Source: a virus (lineage: Duplodnaviria; Caudoviricetes). Taken from it: a stretch of DNA of 36,960 bases. A model generated the notes under the pieces. The model saw only the letters and a program-made list of their open reading frames with translations. It had not been told where the DNA came from and did no database searches. The DNA lies in IMG/VR virus record IMGVR_UViG_3300032301_000105, positions 1-36,960 of that record; one strand, given 5' to 3'. Of the stretch, positions 36,438 through 36,960 are shown one piece after another. The position numbers and the translations under genes were made by a program. Each line of letters opens with the position of its first letter. Positions within the stretch are counted from its first letter, which is position 1.

Positions 36438-36960
36438 CTAAGATACTTTTATTTCACAGTAATCTGTAGTGCAATAAGCCTCACCTTGAGCCTCAAGATT
36501 GTCTACACCGTCGTAAATTGCACCAAAATCAATATGCTTCAACTTGCCAATATATGACTCATACTCTTCTTCAGTAATTTGAGTGTATGGCTGCTGTGGA
36601 TAAACAGTATTTCCCATTGGAAGGAATGAGACTGCCTTTAGTTGTCCTTCGTACATATGCAGTGCTGGAACCACATGCTTTGATTCTGTTTCTTTATCAA
36701 ATGATAATGTTACAGAAACACCATTGTCAGACCAATACTTTTGAGCAGTTGCAGCAAGAGCAATCTTTTCAAACAAGGTTACATCCTTTTCAGATCTTGG
36801 ATGACCTGACTTGATTGGGAAGTAAACTACTGATGTATTTGCTGATACTACGTCATCTTCAATTGTGTACCCTGCTGCTTTGAACAAATGCATCATTGGA
36901 TCTGTATTTCCAAATCGAACTGCACGAAGGAAGAAGTTTCCTCCAGGTCCCCAGTGAACT
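36438..36960 (-). CDS. nrdJ: class II (adenosylcobalamin-dependent) ribonucleotide reductase, C-terminal part; 5' truncated by window
   Basis: The frame extends to the right edge (VHWGPGGNFFLRAVRF); QKYWSDNGVSVTLSF, LKAVSFLP, YPQQPYTQIT and terminal CTTDYC (CX4C redox pair) typical of monomeric RTPR-like enzymes. Confidence 0.88.
   Translation of the reverse strand, partial: VHWGPGGNFFLRAVRFGNTDPMMHLFKAAGYTIEDDVVSANTSVVYFPIKSGHPRSEKDVTLFEKIALAATAQKYWSDNGVSVTLSFDKETESKHVVPALHMYEGQLKAVSFLPMGNTVYPQQPYTQITEEEYESYIGKLKHIDFGAIYDGVDNLEAQGEAYCTTDYCEIKVS

Noticed and set aside
1-36960. Alternative genetic code, introns, inteins, tRNAs, diversity-generating retroelement
   Set aside because: All long genes are open in the standard code and end at TAA, TAG or TGA; intergenic gaps are too short for tRNAs; no reverse transcriptase, intein motif or template/variable repeat pair was seen by eye.

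Overview
A densely packed, AT-rich segment of a large tailed dsDNA phage genome with every credible gene on the minus strand. In transcription order (right to left) it carries the 3' end of a class II (B12-dependent) ribonucleotide reductase and a 1249-aa probable virion protein. Next come a head module (portal, protease with a nested scaffold, major capsid), neck genes, the major tail protein, two paralogous tail assembly chaperones, a 2961-aa tape measure protein (TMP) and tail-tip genes. A replication module follows: Zn-ribbon, MerR-like HTH, DnaB, DnaG, a gp32-like SSB and a DnaE-type polymerase that runs off the left edge and is missing from the ORF track. No sheath gene is seen, so siphovirus morphology is inferred. 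The gene set and the many leaderless extended -10 promoters suggest an actinobacterial host (inference). Main observations: (1) the TMP contains a globular cargo region with a HipA/PI3-4K-like kinase domain, sitting right after an internal copy of the TMP C-terminal 'DTVPxxLTPGE' module, which suggests a virion-injected effector; (2) the usual G/GT chaperone frameshift appears to be replaced by a gene duplication with separate promoters and different translation-initiation modes; (3) a recurring TGnTA(T/A)A(A/C)T promoter lies before many genes. All family assignments come from motif recognition by eye; no database searches were run.
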